From NCBI GenBank assembly GCA_035560005.1, contig DATMAN010000101.1, positions 37,818 to 101,817 of the forward strand: a stretch of DNA of 64,000 nt, in the 5' to 3' direction. The notes under the pieces were generated by a model. The model was not told the DNA's origin, ran no database searches, and worked only from the letters and a program-made list of their open reading frames with translations. Shown here piece after piece: positions 21,234 to 31,231 of the stretch. This stretch comes from Burkholderiales bacterium. Lineage in GTDB: Bacteria > Pseudomonadota > Gammaproteobacteria > Burkholderiales > Eutrophovitaceae. Numbering within the stretch: position 1 is the first letter of the stretch; every line of letters begins with the position of its first letter. The position numbers were made by a program, and so were the translations under genes.

Positions 21234-23900
21234 TTACCGAGACTCGGTCTCGCTCTCGGGCCCGCCGTCGGGCACCGGCGGACCGGATGGCTCCAAACCG
21301 CCGTTCGGACCCGACGCATCCGGCCCCGCATCCGCAACTTCCTCGTCCCCGTCGGGCAATTCGCCGTCGTCGCGATCCACGACCTTTTCCAGGCCCGCCA
21401 GGCGCTCGTTGACATCGAGATTGATCAGCCGCACTCCCTGGGTTGCCCGGCCCATCTCGCTAATCTCTTTGACGCGAGTGCGGATCAGAACGCCGCCGGT
21501 GGTCATGAGCACGATCTCGTCGTCTTCCCTCACGAGCTTGGCCGCCACGACGCGACCGTTGCGCGCGGTCGTCTGGATGGCGATCATCCCCTGCGTGCCG
21601 CGACCGTGACGCGTGTACTCCGCAATCGGCGTACGCTTGCCGAACCCGTTCTCGGTCGCGGTGAGCACCGCCTGATTTTCGTCCTCCGCCACGAGCAGAG
21701 CGATCACCTTGCCGCCCTTGGCCAGATTCATGCCGCGCACCCCACGAGCCGTCCGGCCCATCGGGCGCACTTCGTTTTCGTCAAAGCGCACCGCCCGCCC
21801 TTCGTCCGAGAACAGCATCACGTCGTGATGTCCGTCGGTGAGCGCCACTCCGATCAGGTAATCCCCTTCGTCGAGATCGACCGCAATAATGCCCGAGGGG
21901 CGCGGACGGGAGAACTCCGACAGCGGCGTCTTCTTGACCGTGCCATTGGCGGTCGCCATGAAGACGTACTTGTTCTCCTCGAACTCGCGCACCGGGAGGA
22001 TGGCGGTGATCTTCTCCCCATCGACCAGCGGCAGCAAGTTGACGATCGGCTTGCCGCGGCTCGAGCGCCCGCCCTGCGGCACTTCGTAGACCTTGAGCCA
22101 GTACATGCGCCCCCGGTTGGAGAAACACAGAATGTGGTCGTGCGTGTTGGCGACGAAAAGGTTGTCGATGAAGTCGTCTTCCTTGGTGGTCGCCGCCTGC
22201 CGGCCGCGCCCTCCGCGCTTCTGCGCACGGTAGTCGGCCACGGGTTGCGCCTTCATGTAGCCGGTATGAGACAGCGTGACCACCACGTCGGCGGGGGCGA
22301 TCAGGTCCTCCATCACCAGTTCCTGGGTGTTGATCTCGATCTGGCTGCGCCTGGGGTCGCCGAACTGCTCCTTGGTCTGTCTCAGTTCTTCGGCGATGAT
22401 CCCGGTGATGCGGGCCGGTTTGGCCAGGATGTCCAGCAGATCGACGATCTGATTCATGACCTCCCGATACTCCTCGGTGATCTTTTCCTGCTCCAGGCCG
22501 GTCAGGCGCTGCAACTGCATTTCCAGGATTCGCTGCGCCTGAACGTCGGACAGGTGATAGCCGTCTTCCTTCAAGCCATACTCGGGCGACAGCTCTTCCG
22601 GACGCGCCGATTGCGCCTCGCCTCGCGCCAGCATCGCCTCGACCAGCCGGGAGCGCCACACACGCGCCATCAGCTCCTGCCTGGCCTGCGCCGGGGTCGG
22701 TGCGGCCTTGATGAGCGCAATGATCTCGTCGACGTTGGACAGCGCGACGGCCAACCCCTCCAAAATGTGGCCCCGATTGCGCGCCTGCCGCAGCTCGTAG
22801 ACGGTGCGCCGCGTGACGACCTCGCGCCGGTGCCGCAGAAAGGCCTCCAGGATCTCCTTGAGGTTCAGCAGCCGCGGCTGGCCATCGACCAGTGCCACCA
22901 TGTTCATCCCGAACGTGTCCTGGAGCTGCGTTTCCTTGTACAGGTTGTTCAAGATGACTTCGGGTACCTCGCCGCGCTTCAGTTCCAGAACGGCGCGCAT
23001 CCCCGACTTGTCCGATTCGTCACGGATCTCCGCAATGCCCTCGAGCCGCTTCTCCCGCACCAGCTCGCCGATGCGCATTAGCAAAGCGGCCTTGTTCACC
23101 TGGTAGGGCAGTTCGTCGATGACGATCGCCTGCCGCCCCCCCTTCTCCACTTCCTCGAAGTGCACGCGAGCGCGGATGACGATGCGGCCGCGGCCGGTTC
23201 GATAGCCTTCGCGGATTCCCGCGGTACCGTAGATGATGCCGCGGGTGGGAAAGTCCGGACCTGGAATGATGCCGATCAACTCGTCGATATCGATCTCGGG
23301 GCGCTCGAGGATCGCCAGACAGGCGTCGACCACTTCGCCCAGGTTATGAGGCGGAATGTTGGTCGCCATCCCGACGGCGATGCCCGCGGATCCGTTGATG
23401 AGGAGGTTCGGGATGCGAGTGGGCAGGACGCTGGGCTCGAGTTCCTTGCCGTCGTAGTTGGGGACGAAATCGACGGTCTCCTTGTCGATGTCCGCCAGCA
23501 TCTCGGAAGCGATGCGCTCGAGGCGGCACTCCGTGTATCGGTAGGCGGCGGCCGAGTCGCCATCCACCGAACCGAAGTTGCCCTGGCCGTCGACGAGCGT
23601 GTAGCGCATCGAGAAGTCCTGCGCCATGCGCACGAGCGCTTCATAAGTGGCCGTATCGCCGTGCGGATGGTATTTGCCCAGCACGTCGCCCACGACCCTC
23701 GCGCACTTGACGTACGGGCGATTCCAGACGTTGTTCGCCTCATACATCGCATACAGGATCCGCCGGTGCACTGGTTTGAGCCCGTCTCGTACGTCGGGAA
23801 GCGCGCGCCCGACGATTACGCTCATCGCGTAATCGAGGTAGGAGCGACGCATCTCCTCCTCGAGGCTGATCGGCAGGGTTTCTCTGGCGAATTGCTCCAT
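21234..23900 (-). CDS. gyrA: DNA gyrase subunit A
   Basis: 888 aa. Contains the canonical N-terminus [35 protein letters not shown], the QRDR region [11 protein letters not shown] and an acidic C-terminal tail. Confidence 0.97.
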   Translation of the reverse strand: MEQFARETLPISLEEEMRRSYLDYAMSVIVGRALPDVRDGLKPVHRRILYAMYEANNVWNRPYVKCARVVGDVLGKYHPHGDTATYEALVRMAQDFSMRYTLVDGQGNFGSVDGDSAAAYRYTECRLERIASEMLADIDKETVDFVPNYDGKELEPSVLPTRIPNLLINGSAGIAVGMATNIPPHNLGEVVDACLAILERPEIDIDELIGIIPGPDFPTRGIIYGTAGIREGYRTGRGRIVIRARVHFEEVEKGGRQAIVIDELPYQVNKAALLMRIGELVREKRLEGIAEIRDESDKSGMRAVLELKRGEVPEVILNNLYKETQLQDTFGMNMVALVDGQPRLLNLKEILEAFLRHRREVVTRRTVYELRQARNRGHILEGLAVALSNVDEIIALIKAAPTPAQARQELMARVWRSRLVEAMLARGEAQSARPEELSPEYGLKEDGYHLSDVQAQRILEMQLQRLTGLEQEKITEEYREVMNQIVDLLDILAKPARITGIIAEELRQTKEQFGDPRRSQIEINTQELVMEDLIAPADVVVTLSHTGYMKAQPVADYRAQKRGGRGRQAATTKEDDFIDNLFVANTHDHILCFSNRGRMYWLKVYEVPQGGRSSRGKPIVNLLPLVDGEKITAILPVREFEENKYVFMATANGTVKKTPLSEFSRPRPSGIIAVDLDEGDYLIGVALTDGHHDVMLFSDEGRAVRFDENEVRPMGRTARGVRGMNLAKGGKVIALLVAEDENQAVLTATENGFGKRTPIAEYTRHGRGTQGMIAIQTTARNGRVVAAKLVREDDEIVLMTTGGVLIRTRVKEISEMGRATQGVRLINLDVNERLAGLEKVVDRDDGELPDGDEEVADAGPDASGPNGGLEPSGPPVPDGGPESETESR

Positions 23901-24185
23901 CTAGGCAAACGGACTCAGTGGGACGGGCGCTGGCGAAGAGGCCGCGACGTCTGCGTCCGCGAGTCGGTATCGCGCATGAGTCGTCGCTCGCCCAAAAGGT
24001 TGTAACGATATCATACGAGGCTAAGACAGACGAGGATAACGCGCGTATATTCGCCACCGGATCCGCCGGCGGGGCGCCGATCCGTCGGTCATCGGCGACA
24101 TTGTCGGGAACAGGCCATGCGCGCCATAATTCGCCCGCTTCCTCTGATCACCAGACTCCCTCCGAGGAGAACAGGAGAAAACGCG

Positions 24186-25091
24186 ATGCGATCCAGATCC
24201 AACCGATTGCTGATGCTGTTGATTGCCTCCGCGCTTGCTGCATGCTCGACGCAATCCGAGCGAGGCAGCACCGGGACTGAGAGCCAGGCGCCGGCGGCGG
24301 CTCCGACGCCACAACCCGAGTACGTTCCGGAGAGGGAGCCGGTTCAGTACAGCGATGCGCCACTGCCGGTCACCCCGGCCCCGCAAGCCCGGCAGCCGGT
24401 CGAGGAGTTCCCGGTGACACGCTATGAGCTGCCGCCCGAGGAAGAGGCGCGGCCCGAACCCGATCTCGCGGCAGCCGAGCCGGCCGAGGAACCCGAGGAA
24501 GAGGAGGAAGAGCTCCTCGCCGAGGAAGACGAGCCGGAGGAGGAGCCCGAGGTCGCGTTGGTCGAACCCGAAGCGCAGCAACTGGTTGCAGAGCCCGTTG
24601 CAGCGGCGCCAACTCCGGCACCCGAGCCGGCGGTGACCCAGCCGCGAGTCGCCGAAGAGCCGGTTGCGCAAGCGCAGGCACCGGCAGCGAAACCACCCGC
24701 CATCCAGCCGGTCATCGTCAGTTTCGAAGCCGAGCCGCTCTTCAGCTTCGACAAATTCAACATCCGGCCCGACCAGCGGGCGAAGCTTGACGATCTCGTC
24801 GCACAGTTGAACGGCACCGAATATGAAAGCGTTTCGGTCACCGGCCATGCCGACCGCATAGGGACGGATCAGTACAACCGCAGGCTTTCCGAACGCCGCG
24901 CGAACTCCGTAAAAGCCTATCTGGTGCGCAAAGGCGTTCCGGCCGCGAAGATCATCACAGCCGCAATGGGCGAGAGCCAGCCGGTGACGAGCAACGAAGA
25001 CTGCAAGGGCAAGCGCGGCAGAGCGCTGATCGCGTGCTACCAGCCGGACCGCCGCGTCGAAGTCACGGTGACAGGCAAGAAGATGCCCTGA
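24186..25091 (+). CDS. OmpA-family lipoprotein with acidic Pro/Glu-rich linker
   Basis: Lipobox LAAC after a signal peptide (MRSRSNRLLMLLIASALAAC). The C-terminal OmpA_C domain carries VTGHADRIGTDQYNRRLSERRANSV. Confidence 0.85.
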   Translation: MRSRSNRLLMLLIASALAACSTQSERGSTGTESQAPAAAPTPQPEYVPEREPVQYSDAPLPVTPAPQARQPVEEFPVTRYELPPEEEARPEPDLAAAEPAEEPEEEEEELLAEEDEPEEEPEVALVEPEAQQLVAEPVAAAPTPAPEPAVTQPRVAEEPVAQAQAPAAKPPAIQPVIVSFEAEPLFSFDKFNIRPDQRAKLDDLVAQLNGTEYESVSVTGHADRIGTDQYNRRLSERRANSVKAYLVRKGVPAAKIITAAMGESQPVTSNEDCKGKRGRALIACYQPDRRVEVTVTGKKMP

Positions 25092-25112
25092 GTCGCCGAT
25101 CGCCTCCACACA

Positions 25113-25138
25113 AGCCCTGCTCCGGCAGGGCTTTTTTT
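25113..25138 (+). terminator. Rho-independent terminator after the OmpA-like gene
   Basis: AGCCCTGC-tccg-GCAGGGCT followed by TTTTTTT. Confidence 0.85.
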
Positions 25139-25147
25139 CGTTCACCC

Positions 25148-26491
25148 ATGGGAAACAGACAGCCCGTCGATCTTCTGATAACGCCGTCGTGGGTCGTGCC
25201 GGTCGAGCCTTCCGGGTCGGTCTTGCATGAGCACGCGGTCGCGGTGACCGGGGGGCGGATCACGCATGTGCTTCCAGCCGCACAGGCAAACGAGACACTG
25301 GCACCGGCACGCATCGTCGACCTGCCGGGTCATGCGCTGATCCCGGGCTTGGTCAATCTCCATACGCACGCAGCGATGTCGCTGCTGCGCGGGCTGGCCG
25401 ACGACCTCGCGCTCATGGACTGGCTGTCCAAGCACATCTGGCCGGCTGAGGCCAAGCATGTTTCGCCGCAGTTCGTCTACGACGGGACGCTGTTGGCCTG
25501 CGCGGAAATGCTGCGAGGGGGCGTGACCTGCTTCAACGACATGTATTTCTATCCCGAGATGGCCGGACGGGCGGCGCTGGAAGCCGGTATGCGGGCCGCA
25601 CTGGGCATCGTGCTGATCGACCTTCCCACCGTATACGCGGCGGACCCGCAGGACTATCTGCGAAAGGGTCTCGCCGCGCGCGACGAGCTGAAGCACCACG
25701 CGACGCTTTCTTTCTGCATGGCGCCGCACGCGCCGTATACGGTCTCGGACAAGAGCTTCGAGCAGATCGTCACGCTGGCCGACCAGCTGCAGATTCCAAT
25801 CCACATTCATGTGCACGAGACACGCTTCGAGATCGCGGAAAGTCTCAAGCAGCACGGGCTGCGCCCGCTGGAGCGCTTGCGCAAGCTCGGGGTCATCGGT
25901 CCCCAAACCATCGCCGTTCACGCCGTTCACCTCGAGAACAGCGAGATCGCGATGCTCGCCGCACTGGGTGCATCGGTTGCGCATTGCCCGGCCTCCAATC
26001 TGAAACTGGCGAGCGGTTTTTCACGCGTGGGCGACCTGTTGGCGGCCTCGATCAACGTCGGGCTGGGCACCGACGGGGCTGCCAGCAACAACCGGCTGGA
26101 CGTGCTCTCCGAGTTGCGGCTCGCGGCCCTCGTGAGCAAAGCGCTGAGCGACAACGCCGAGACGCTGCCGGCGCACGCCGCACTGAGAATGGCCACGCTC
26201 GCGGGAGCCGCGGCACTGGGGCTGGATCGGGAAATCGGGAGCATCAGAACGGGGAAGGCGGCAGACCTGATCGCCCTGAACTTGTCCTCCTTGGAGCTGT
26301 CTCCGTGCTATGACCCGGCGTCGCAGATCGTCTACGCCGCCGGCCGCGAGCACGTCAGCCACGTCTGGGTACACGGCGAGGCGGTGGTGGAAAACCACAG
26401 GCTCGTGCGGGTGGACGAAGACGAACTCCGGTCCAGGACCCAAGCGTGGCAACGGCGCATCGCACCATCCCGAGCGAGCCGAAAAACATGA
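25148..26491 (+). CDS. mtaD: TRZ/ATZ-family amidohydrolase (5-methylthioadenosine/S-adenosylhomocysteine deaminase-like)
   Basis: Metal-binding NLHTHAAMS, HVHET and GTDGAASNN motifs. Start at ATG 25148, internal to the track ORF. Confidence 0.85.
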   Translation: MGNRQPVDLLITPSWVVPVEPSGSVLHEHAVAVTGGRITHVLPAAQANETLAPARIVDLPGHALIPGLVNLHTHAAMSLLRGLADDLALMDWLSKHIWPAEAKHVSPQFVYDGTLLACAEMLRGGVTCFNDMYFYPEMAGRAALEAGMRAALGIVLIDLPTVYAADPQDYLRKGLAARDELKHHATLSFCMAPHAPYTVSDKSFEQIVTLADQLQIPIHIHVHETRFEIAESLKQHGLRPLERLRKLGVIGPQTIAVHAVHLENSEIAMLAALGASVAHCPASNLKLASGFSRVGDLLAASINVGLGTDGAASNNRLDVLSELRLAALVSKALSDNAETLPAHAALRMATLAGAAALGLDREIGSIRTGKAADLIALNLSSLELSPCYDPASQIVYAAGREHVSHVWVHGEAVVENHRLVRVDEDELRSRTQAWQRRIAPSRASRKT

Positions 26492-27186
26492 TCAACGTTG
26501 ATCCCGCAGAGATCGAAAAATTCAGCCAGCTTGCGCACCGCTGGTGGGATCCGGGCAGCGAGTTCAAGCCGCTGCACGAGATCAATCCGCTTCGACTGGA
26601 TCACATCGATCGACTGGCGGGACTTTCCGGCAGGCGCGTTCTGGACGTGGGCTGCGGCGGTGGAATCCTCTCCGAAGCAATGGCGGCGCGCGGAGCCGTG
26701 GTGACCGGGATCGACATGGCGGAACGACCCCTCAAGGTCGCACAGCTGCACCTGCACGAAAGCGGGCTGAGCGTGGACTACCGCAAGACCTCCGTCGAGG
26801 CGCTGGCGCAGAGCGAAGCCGGTCAGTTCGATATCGTGACCTGTATGGAACTGCTCGAGCACGTCCCGGATCCGGCCAGTACCGTGACGGCCTGCGCCCG
26901 GGTCCTGAAGCCGGGCGGCTGGTGTTTCTTCGCCACCATCAACAGGAATCCAAAGTCGTATCTGTTCGCCGTGATCGGAGCGGAGTACGTGCTGAGACTG
27001 CTTCCCAAGGGTACGCACGAGTATGCGAAGTTCATTCGCCCCTCGGAGCTGGCGGCATGGTGTCGCACCGCCGGGCTGGCGGTCGTGGACATTACCGGCA
27101 TGAGCTACAACCCCTTCAGCAAGACCTACTCGCTGGGCAAGAACACGTCCGTGAACTACATTCTGTGCGCCCGGCTGGCGGGCTGA
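26488..27186 (+). CDS. ubiG: Ubiquinone biosynthesis O-methyltransferase
   Basis: EIEKFSQLAHRWWDPGSEFKPLHEINP and SAM motif VLDVGCGGGILSE. ATG 26488 overlaps the mtaD stop (ATGA). Confidence 0.92.
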   Translation: MINVDPAEIEKFSQLAHRWWDPGSEFKPLHEINPLRLDHIDRLAGLSGRRVLDVGCGGGILSEAMAARGAVVTGIDMAERPLKVAQLHLHESGLSVDYRKTSVEALAQSEAGQFDIVTCMELLEHVPDPASTVTACARVLKPGGWCFFATINRNPKSYLFAVIGAEYVLRLLPKGTHEYAKFIRPSELAAWCRTAGLAVVDITGMSYNPFSKTYSLGKNTSVNYILCARLAG

Positions 27187-27240
27187 CCGCGCTACGCCCG
27201 CCAGTGTGATCAACGCAATGCATGTCAAGGAGGAGACCCG

Positions 27241-27822
27241 ATGAGAACCTCGGCGCTTTATCCGGTTTTCGCCGCAACGCTCGCCGTTCTCTCAGCTTGT
27301 ACGCTGAAGCCTCAGTACCTGCATCTCGATCCCACCGTTTCGGTCCGATCCGCTTCGATCGGCAACGGCACAACGATCGGTCTCGCCGTCGAAGACAATC
27401 GTGGCAGCCAAAAGCTCGGGGAGGTCGGCGACCCCAATACCCAGATGGTGGAGGTCAACCTGACCGAGGATTTCCGGCCCCGCCTCTATGAGGAGATCGC
27501 AAAGGCCCTCGCCTCGCTCGGGTTCAACGTCGTGCCGTATAGCGATGCCATGGAACGCACGATCACGGTCGATGTCCGCAAGCTGGAGCTGAGTTCGGTT
27601 AAGCAGCCCTTCGTATTCGATACCGAACTGCGTGCGGAAGTCGGCACCGTTGCGCGCAACGGCAAAGACACCTACGATCGCCTCTATTACGTACGCACTC
27701 GGAAGGAAACCGCCGGTCCGCCATTCCTTAAGGACAGCAACGCGCTGATCAATACCGCGGTGGCGCAGGCACTGGAAGACATGCTGAACGATGAGCGGTT
27801 GCTCGAGGTGCTGGCTCGCTGA
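27241..27822 (+). CDS. YajG-like lipoprotein
   Basis: Signal peptide with lipobox LSAC. Size and sequence pattern resemble the YajG lipoprotein family; this assignment is from memory. Confidence 0.6.
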   Translation: MRTSALYPVFAATLAVLSACTLKPQYLHLDPTVSVRSASIGNGTTIGLAVEDNRGSQKLGEVGDPNTQMVEVNLTEDFRPRLYEEIAKALASLGFNVVPYSDAMERTITVDVRKLELSSVKQPFVFDTELRAEVGTVARNGKDTYDRLYYVRTRKETAGPPFLKDSNALINTAVAQALEDMLNDERLLEVLAR

Positions 27823-27888
27823 CCGACCCTTGTGCCGGGCGCGACGGCCGGAGACAATCCCGGCCGTTTGTATTTCCGGCGTGCGCGA

Positions 27889-28563
27889 ATGCTCCGCTAC
27901 AGGGCTGTGCTGTTCGATCTGGACGGGACCCTGGCCGATACTGCCGGCGATCTCGGACACGCTCTCAATCTTCAGCGCCGAGCCCGCGGACTGAACGCAG
28001 TGCCGCTCGATCTCATCAGACCGCACGCCTCGGCCGGGGCCCGGGGTCTGCTCCGGCTGGGGTTCGGGATCGAACCCGGTGACCCTGAGTTCGAAGCGAT
28101 GCGCTCCGAATTTCTCGATCTGTACGAGCAAAACTTGTCGCGTACCACGGCGCTCTTTCCCGGCGTTCCCGAAATGCTGGCGGAACTGGAACGCAACGCG
28201 GTGCGTTGGGGCATCGTGACCAACAAGCCACGCCGCTTTGCACTGCCGCTGCTGAGAACGCTGGGCCTCGGCGAGCGCAGCGCGTGCACCATCTGCGGCG
28301 ACATGGTCGATGCTCCCAAACCTCACCCGGCTTCCCTGCTCGAGGCCGCCCGACGGCTGCAGTTGCCGCCCGCTGACTGCCTCTACGTCGGTGACGATCG
28401 GCGGGATACCGAAGCTGCACGCGCGGCCGGCATGCAATCCGTGATCGCGTTGTACGGCTACTTGGGCAATGGCGAACCGCCTGGCAGCTGGGGCGCCCTT
28501 GCGATGATCGAATCCCCGCTCGACCTGTTCCGATTACTGGGTGTGCGCGAAGGGCCGGTCTGA
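27889..28563 (+). CDS. gph: Phosphoglycolate phosphatase / HAD hydrolase
   Basis: HAD motif I LFDLDGTLADT, motif II TNK and motif IV GDDRRD. Conserved position after ubiG. Confidence 0.85.
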   Translation: MLRYRAVLFDLDGTLADTAGDLGHALNLQRRARGLNAVPLDLIRPHASAGARGLLRLGFGIEPGDPEFEAMRSEFLDLYEQNLSRTTALFPGVPEMLAELERNAVRWGIVTNKPRRFALPLLRTLGLGERSACTICGDMVDAPKPHPASLLEAARRLQLPPADCLYVGDDRRDTEAARAAGMQSVIALYGYLGNGEPPGSWGALAMIESPLDLFRLLGVREGPV

Positions 28564-28625
28564 TACCATTTACCGCATGCGGGCGTTGAAAACTACCGAC
28601 CTGCGCTCCATTTTGGAAATTACGT

Positions 28626-28988
28626 GGGGGCGACCTGGTTTCGACGTGGGTCGCGAAGCAGTGCAGTGCATGCCAAGGTCCAGTCACCTTGTAAAACCGC
28701 TGGACAACGAATAGTCGCCAACGACGATCGTTACGCTCTGGCCGCCTAAACCCGGCTAGACTCCGCACCGGTTCGCTCACGGGCCGGGCTGGGCAACCAG
28801 CGGCGGAGCCATATACGTGAGATCGTGCCGGCTGGGGTTACTTCAGCCGGCATCAAATCCAAGGTAACTCGCTTCTTGTCGGCCCGTCGGTCGGCTGACA
28901 AGCGGCTAAATCAATCGGCCTGACTAAGCATGTAGGACTGCCTGCAGAGGGCTTGCGGACGCGGGTTCGATTCCCGCCGCCTCCACCA
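28626..28988 (+). ncRNA. ssrA: tmRNA (SsrA)
   Basis: The 5' end GGGGGCGACCTGGTTTCGACG pairs with the 3' end CGCCTCCACCA, including a G3-U70 pair. T-arm GGGTTCGATTCCC. The tag reading frame at 28717..28749 (GCC AAC GAC GAT CGT TAC GCT CTG GCC GCC TAA) encodes ANDDRYALAA. Confidence 0.95.
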
Positions 28989-29037
28989 CACCACCGCGCG
29001 AGGAGCTTTCCGGCGTACATCCGCGCCCGAGTCTGTT

Positions 29038-30012
29038 TCAGTGCGGACGCAGTTCGGTTGCCGGAGTGGGACTCGATGTTCTCTTCGCCTCGTAGTACGC
29101 GGCGATTTTCTGCTGAATCAACGGAATCGCGGCAAGCCCTGCTTTCTCGCCCTCGATCACCGCATAGTTCTTCGATTCGAAGCTCGTCGAGATGAGCTGA
29201 GACACGTCCGGAGCGATGACCACGTCCGCGGTTTGCAGCTCGCGCGCCGCGATCGCGCGGCCCATGATCGAAAAAGTCTGTAGCAGGACGTCTATCGTGT
29301 CCTGCAGGCGCCTGTGCTGCGGTTTGTCGGAGATGTCCACGGCGATCACGATGTCCGCGCCGAGGTCCCTCGCAACCTGCACGGGTACCGGACTCACCAG
29401 TCCGCCGTCGACGTACTCTCGGTCGCCCACCTTCACGGGCTGAAAGATCCCGGGAACGCTGCTCGAGGCGCGTACCGCAAGGCCCGTGTCGCCCTGCCGA
29501 AAGACAACGGTTTCTCCCGACTGAAGGTCGGTCGCCACGATGGCGAGCGCGCGGTCGAGCTTTTCGATCGGTCGATTCTGGACAGCATCGTTGACGAACT
29601 TCTGGAGGGACTGGCCGCGGATGAAGCCACGGTTTGGCAGTACCCAGTCCCTGACGGTGGCCTCGTCCATGGACAACGCGATCCGCTGCAGGTCGAAACC
29701 ATTGTAGCCGGCGGCATACAGCGCCCCCACGACGCTGCCGGCACTCGTGCCCACGACCAGGTCGGCCCGGATGCCATGCGCATCGAGCGCCTTGATGGCG
29801 CCGATGTGCGCAAACCCCTTGGCCGCGCCACCGCCCAGTACCAGCGCGATCTTCGGCGGTTCGACCGGTGCTTCAGGCGCCGTCGTGTCGGCTGTCGCGC
29901 CCGCTGTCGGCGCTGGAGCCGACGCGCAGCCCGCGAGCAGCGCCACAAACAGCAACGCGCTTGCTGACCGCACGGCGCGGGCGGCGGGCCCGCAAGCCGC
30001 AGAAAGCCTCAC
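29038..30012 (-). CDS. Patatin-like phospholipase lipoprotein
   Basis: Lipobox LLAGC, oxyanion GGGAAKG, nucleophile GTSAGS and a catalytic DGG motif. The GTG start forms a GTGA overlap with the bfr stop. Confidence 0.85.
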   Translation of the reverse strand: MRLSAACGPAARAVRSASALLFVALLAGCASAPAPTAGATADTTAPEAPVEPPKIALVLGGGAAKGFAHIGAIKALDAHGIRADLVVGTSAGSVVGALYAAGYNGFDLQRIALSMDEATVRDWVLPNRGFIRGQSLQKFVNDAVQNRPIEKLDRALAIVATDLQSGETVVFRQGDTGLAVRASSSVPGIFQPVKVGDREYVDGGLVSPVPVQVARDLGADIVIAVDISDKPQHRRLQDTIDVLLQTFSIMGRAIAARELQTADVVIAPDVSQLISTSFESKNYAVIEGEKAGLAAIPLIQQKIAAYYEAKRTSSPTPATELRPH

Positions 30013-30473
30013 GTCTGGGATTGGACGTAGTTCTGGATGCCCATGCTGCCGATCAACTCGAGCTGAGTCTCCAGCCAGTCGATGTGGTCTTCTTCGCTGT
30101 CGAGGATCTCCTCGAACAGTTCACGAGAGATGTAGTCGCGCACCGATTCGCTGTGGACAATCGCCTCGCGCAGGACGGGGTGCGCCGCCATTTCCAGCTT
30201 CAGATCGCATTTCAAGCACTCTTCAACGTTCTCGCCGATCAGCAGCTTTCCCAGGTCCTGGAGGTTCGGCATGCCTTCCAGAAACAGGATGCGCTCGATC
30301 AACTGGTCGGCATGCTTCATCTCGCCGACGGACTCCTTGTACTCGTATTCGCCAAGCTTGTGCAGCCCCCAGTTCTTGAACATGCGCGAATGCAGAAAAT
30401 ACTGATTGATCGCGGTGAGCTCGTTGGTCAGTACCTTGTTCAGGTACTGGATGACTTGCGGGTCGCCCTTCAT
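30009..30473 (-). CDS. bfr: Bacterioferritin
   Basis: [36 protein letters not shown] and ferroxidase-centre residues, with full-length Bfr similarity. Confidence 0.95.
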   Translation of the reverse strand: MKGDPQVIQYLNKVLTNELTAINQYFLHSRMFKNWGLHKLGEYEYKESVGEMKHADQLIERILFLEGMPNLQDLGKLLIGENVEECLKCDLKLEMAAHPVLREAIVHSESVRDYISRELFEEILDSEEDHIDWLETQLELIGSMGIQNYVQSQT

Positions 30474-30563
30474 GGCCGATCCTTTTATTGTGGGAGGACG
30501 GCCGAATTATAGGCGCGCACCCGCGGCTCGAAGAAGAGCCTTCACGACCGCAATGGGAATCGT

Positions 30564-30761
30564 CTACGCGGCTTGAAGCTGATTGCACCGGGACGGCGGT
30601 GCAAGGGTTTCTTCGATCACTTGCTGCGCGCACTCGGTGCATCGACCGCAGCACGATGCCACCCCAAGTTCGAAACGCAGCTTAAGCAACGAGTCAGCCC
30701 CTCCGCGAATCGCATCGCGAATCTGCTTTTCGGTGATCCCGTTGCAGAGACAGACGTACAT
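30564..30761 (-). CDS. bfd: Bacterioferritin-associated ferredoxin
   Basis: 65 aa starting MYVCLCNGIT, with ...CCGRC providing the [2Fe-2S] BFD-type cysteines. Located upstream of bfr. Confidence 0.9.
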   Translation of the reverse strand: MYVCLCNGITEKQIRDAIRGGADSLLKLRFELGVASCCGRCTECAQQVIEETLAPPSRCNQLQAA

Positions 30762-30785
30762 GGCCGGATGCGGCGGATACTAAAT

Positions 30786-30804
30786 CACAATGAGAATGAG
30801 TGTC
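30786..30804. promoter_or_regulatory. Fur-box-like site upstream of bfd
   Basis: CACAATGAGAATGAGTGTC matches the 19-bp Fur consensus GATAATGATAATCATTATC at 12/19 positions (hand count). It lies about 25 nt upstream of the bfd ATG. Confidence 0.55.
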
Positions 30805-31108
30805 AATTGCTGATTCGATCTGAAAACACCCGCCGCACTTCATCGATCAGACGACTGGCTGATCGACGACAAGCCAGGATGCGCAGACCTTGGGCCTGAG
30901 CCTGAGCCCGATAGCTGCGCATCACGTTGTGATTCAAAAAATCCGTAAACAGGATCAGCAGTTGGGCATTGGAGGGCAACCTCGCGATCCGGCGCTGGTG
31001 GGCAGATGCCCGTCCGCTGACGTGATGTACGATCCGAATTCCCAATGTTTCAAGCAGTTCCGGGATATTCCCCAGACGGTCGGCACCGACCACGATGCAG
31101 TTCATCAT
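30803..31108 (-). CDS. DUF2325 domain protein
   Basis: 101 aa with the pattern IVGGxxxxG...hhhFTDFhxHxh...A typical of DUF2325 (family recalled from memory). Divergent from a TonB-dependent receptor. Confidence 0.6.
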   Translation of the reverse strand: MMNCIVVGADRLGNIPELLETLGIRIVHHVSGRASAHQRRIARLPSNAQLLILFTDFLNHNVMRSYRAQAQAQGLRILACRRSASRLIDEVRRVFSDRISN

Positions 31109-31140
31109 GTCTCCATTCCGCGCTTTATTGGCATGCAGAT

Positions 31141-31159
31141 GATAATGAGTCTCATTTCT
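31141..31159. promoter_or_regulatory. Fur-box-like site in the divergent DUF2325/receptor promoter region
   Basis: GATAATGAGTCTCATTTCT matches the Fur consensus at 13/19 positions (hand count). Confidence 0.65.
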
Positions 31160-31160
31160 A

Positions 31161-31174
31161 AGTCAAGCTTGACT
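31161..31174. promoter_or_regulatory. Perfect 14-bp palindrome AGTCAAGCTTGACT (contains a TTGACT -35-like hexamer)
   Basis: Read directly from the sequence. It sits between the two Fur-like boxes. Confidence 0.4.
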
Positions 31175-31186
31175 GGTTAACGAAAT

Positions 31187-31205
31187 GCATATTATTCTCA
31201 TTCGC
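31187..31205. promoter_or_regulatory. Second Fur-box-like site upstream of the TonB-dependent receptor
   Basis: The reverse complement GCGAATGAGAATAATATGC matches the Fur consensus at 12/19 positions (hand count). It lies 27 nt upstream of ATG 31232. Confidence 0.55.
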
Positions 31206-31231
31206 GCTAGCTTGACCTGAGGCCATAAGAC

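Noticed and set aside
28953-29195. 80-aa ORF overlapping the tmRNA 3' end
   Set aside because: It overlaps the tmRNA T-arm and acceptor, and is antisense to the patatin gene 3' end. There is no RBS and no homology.
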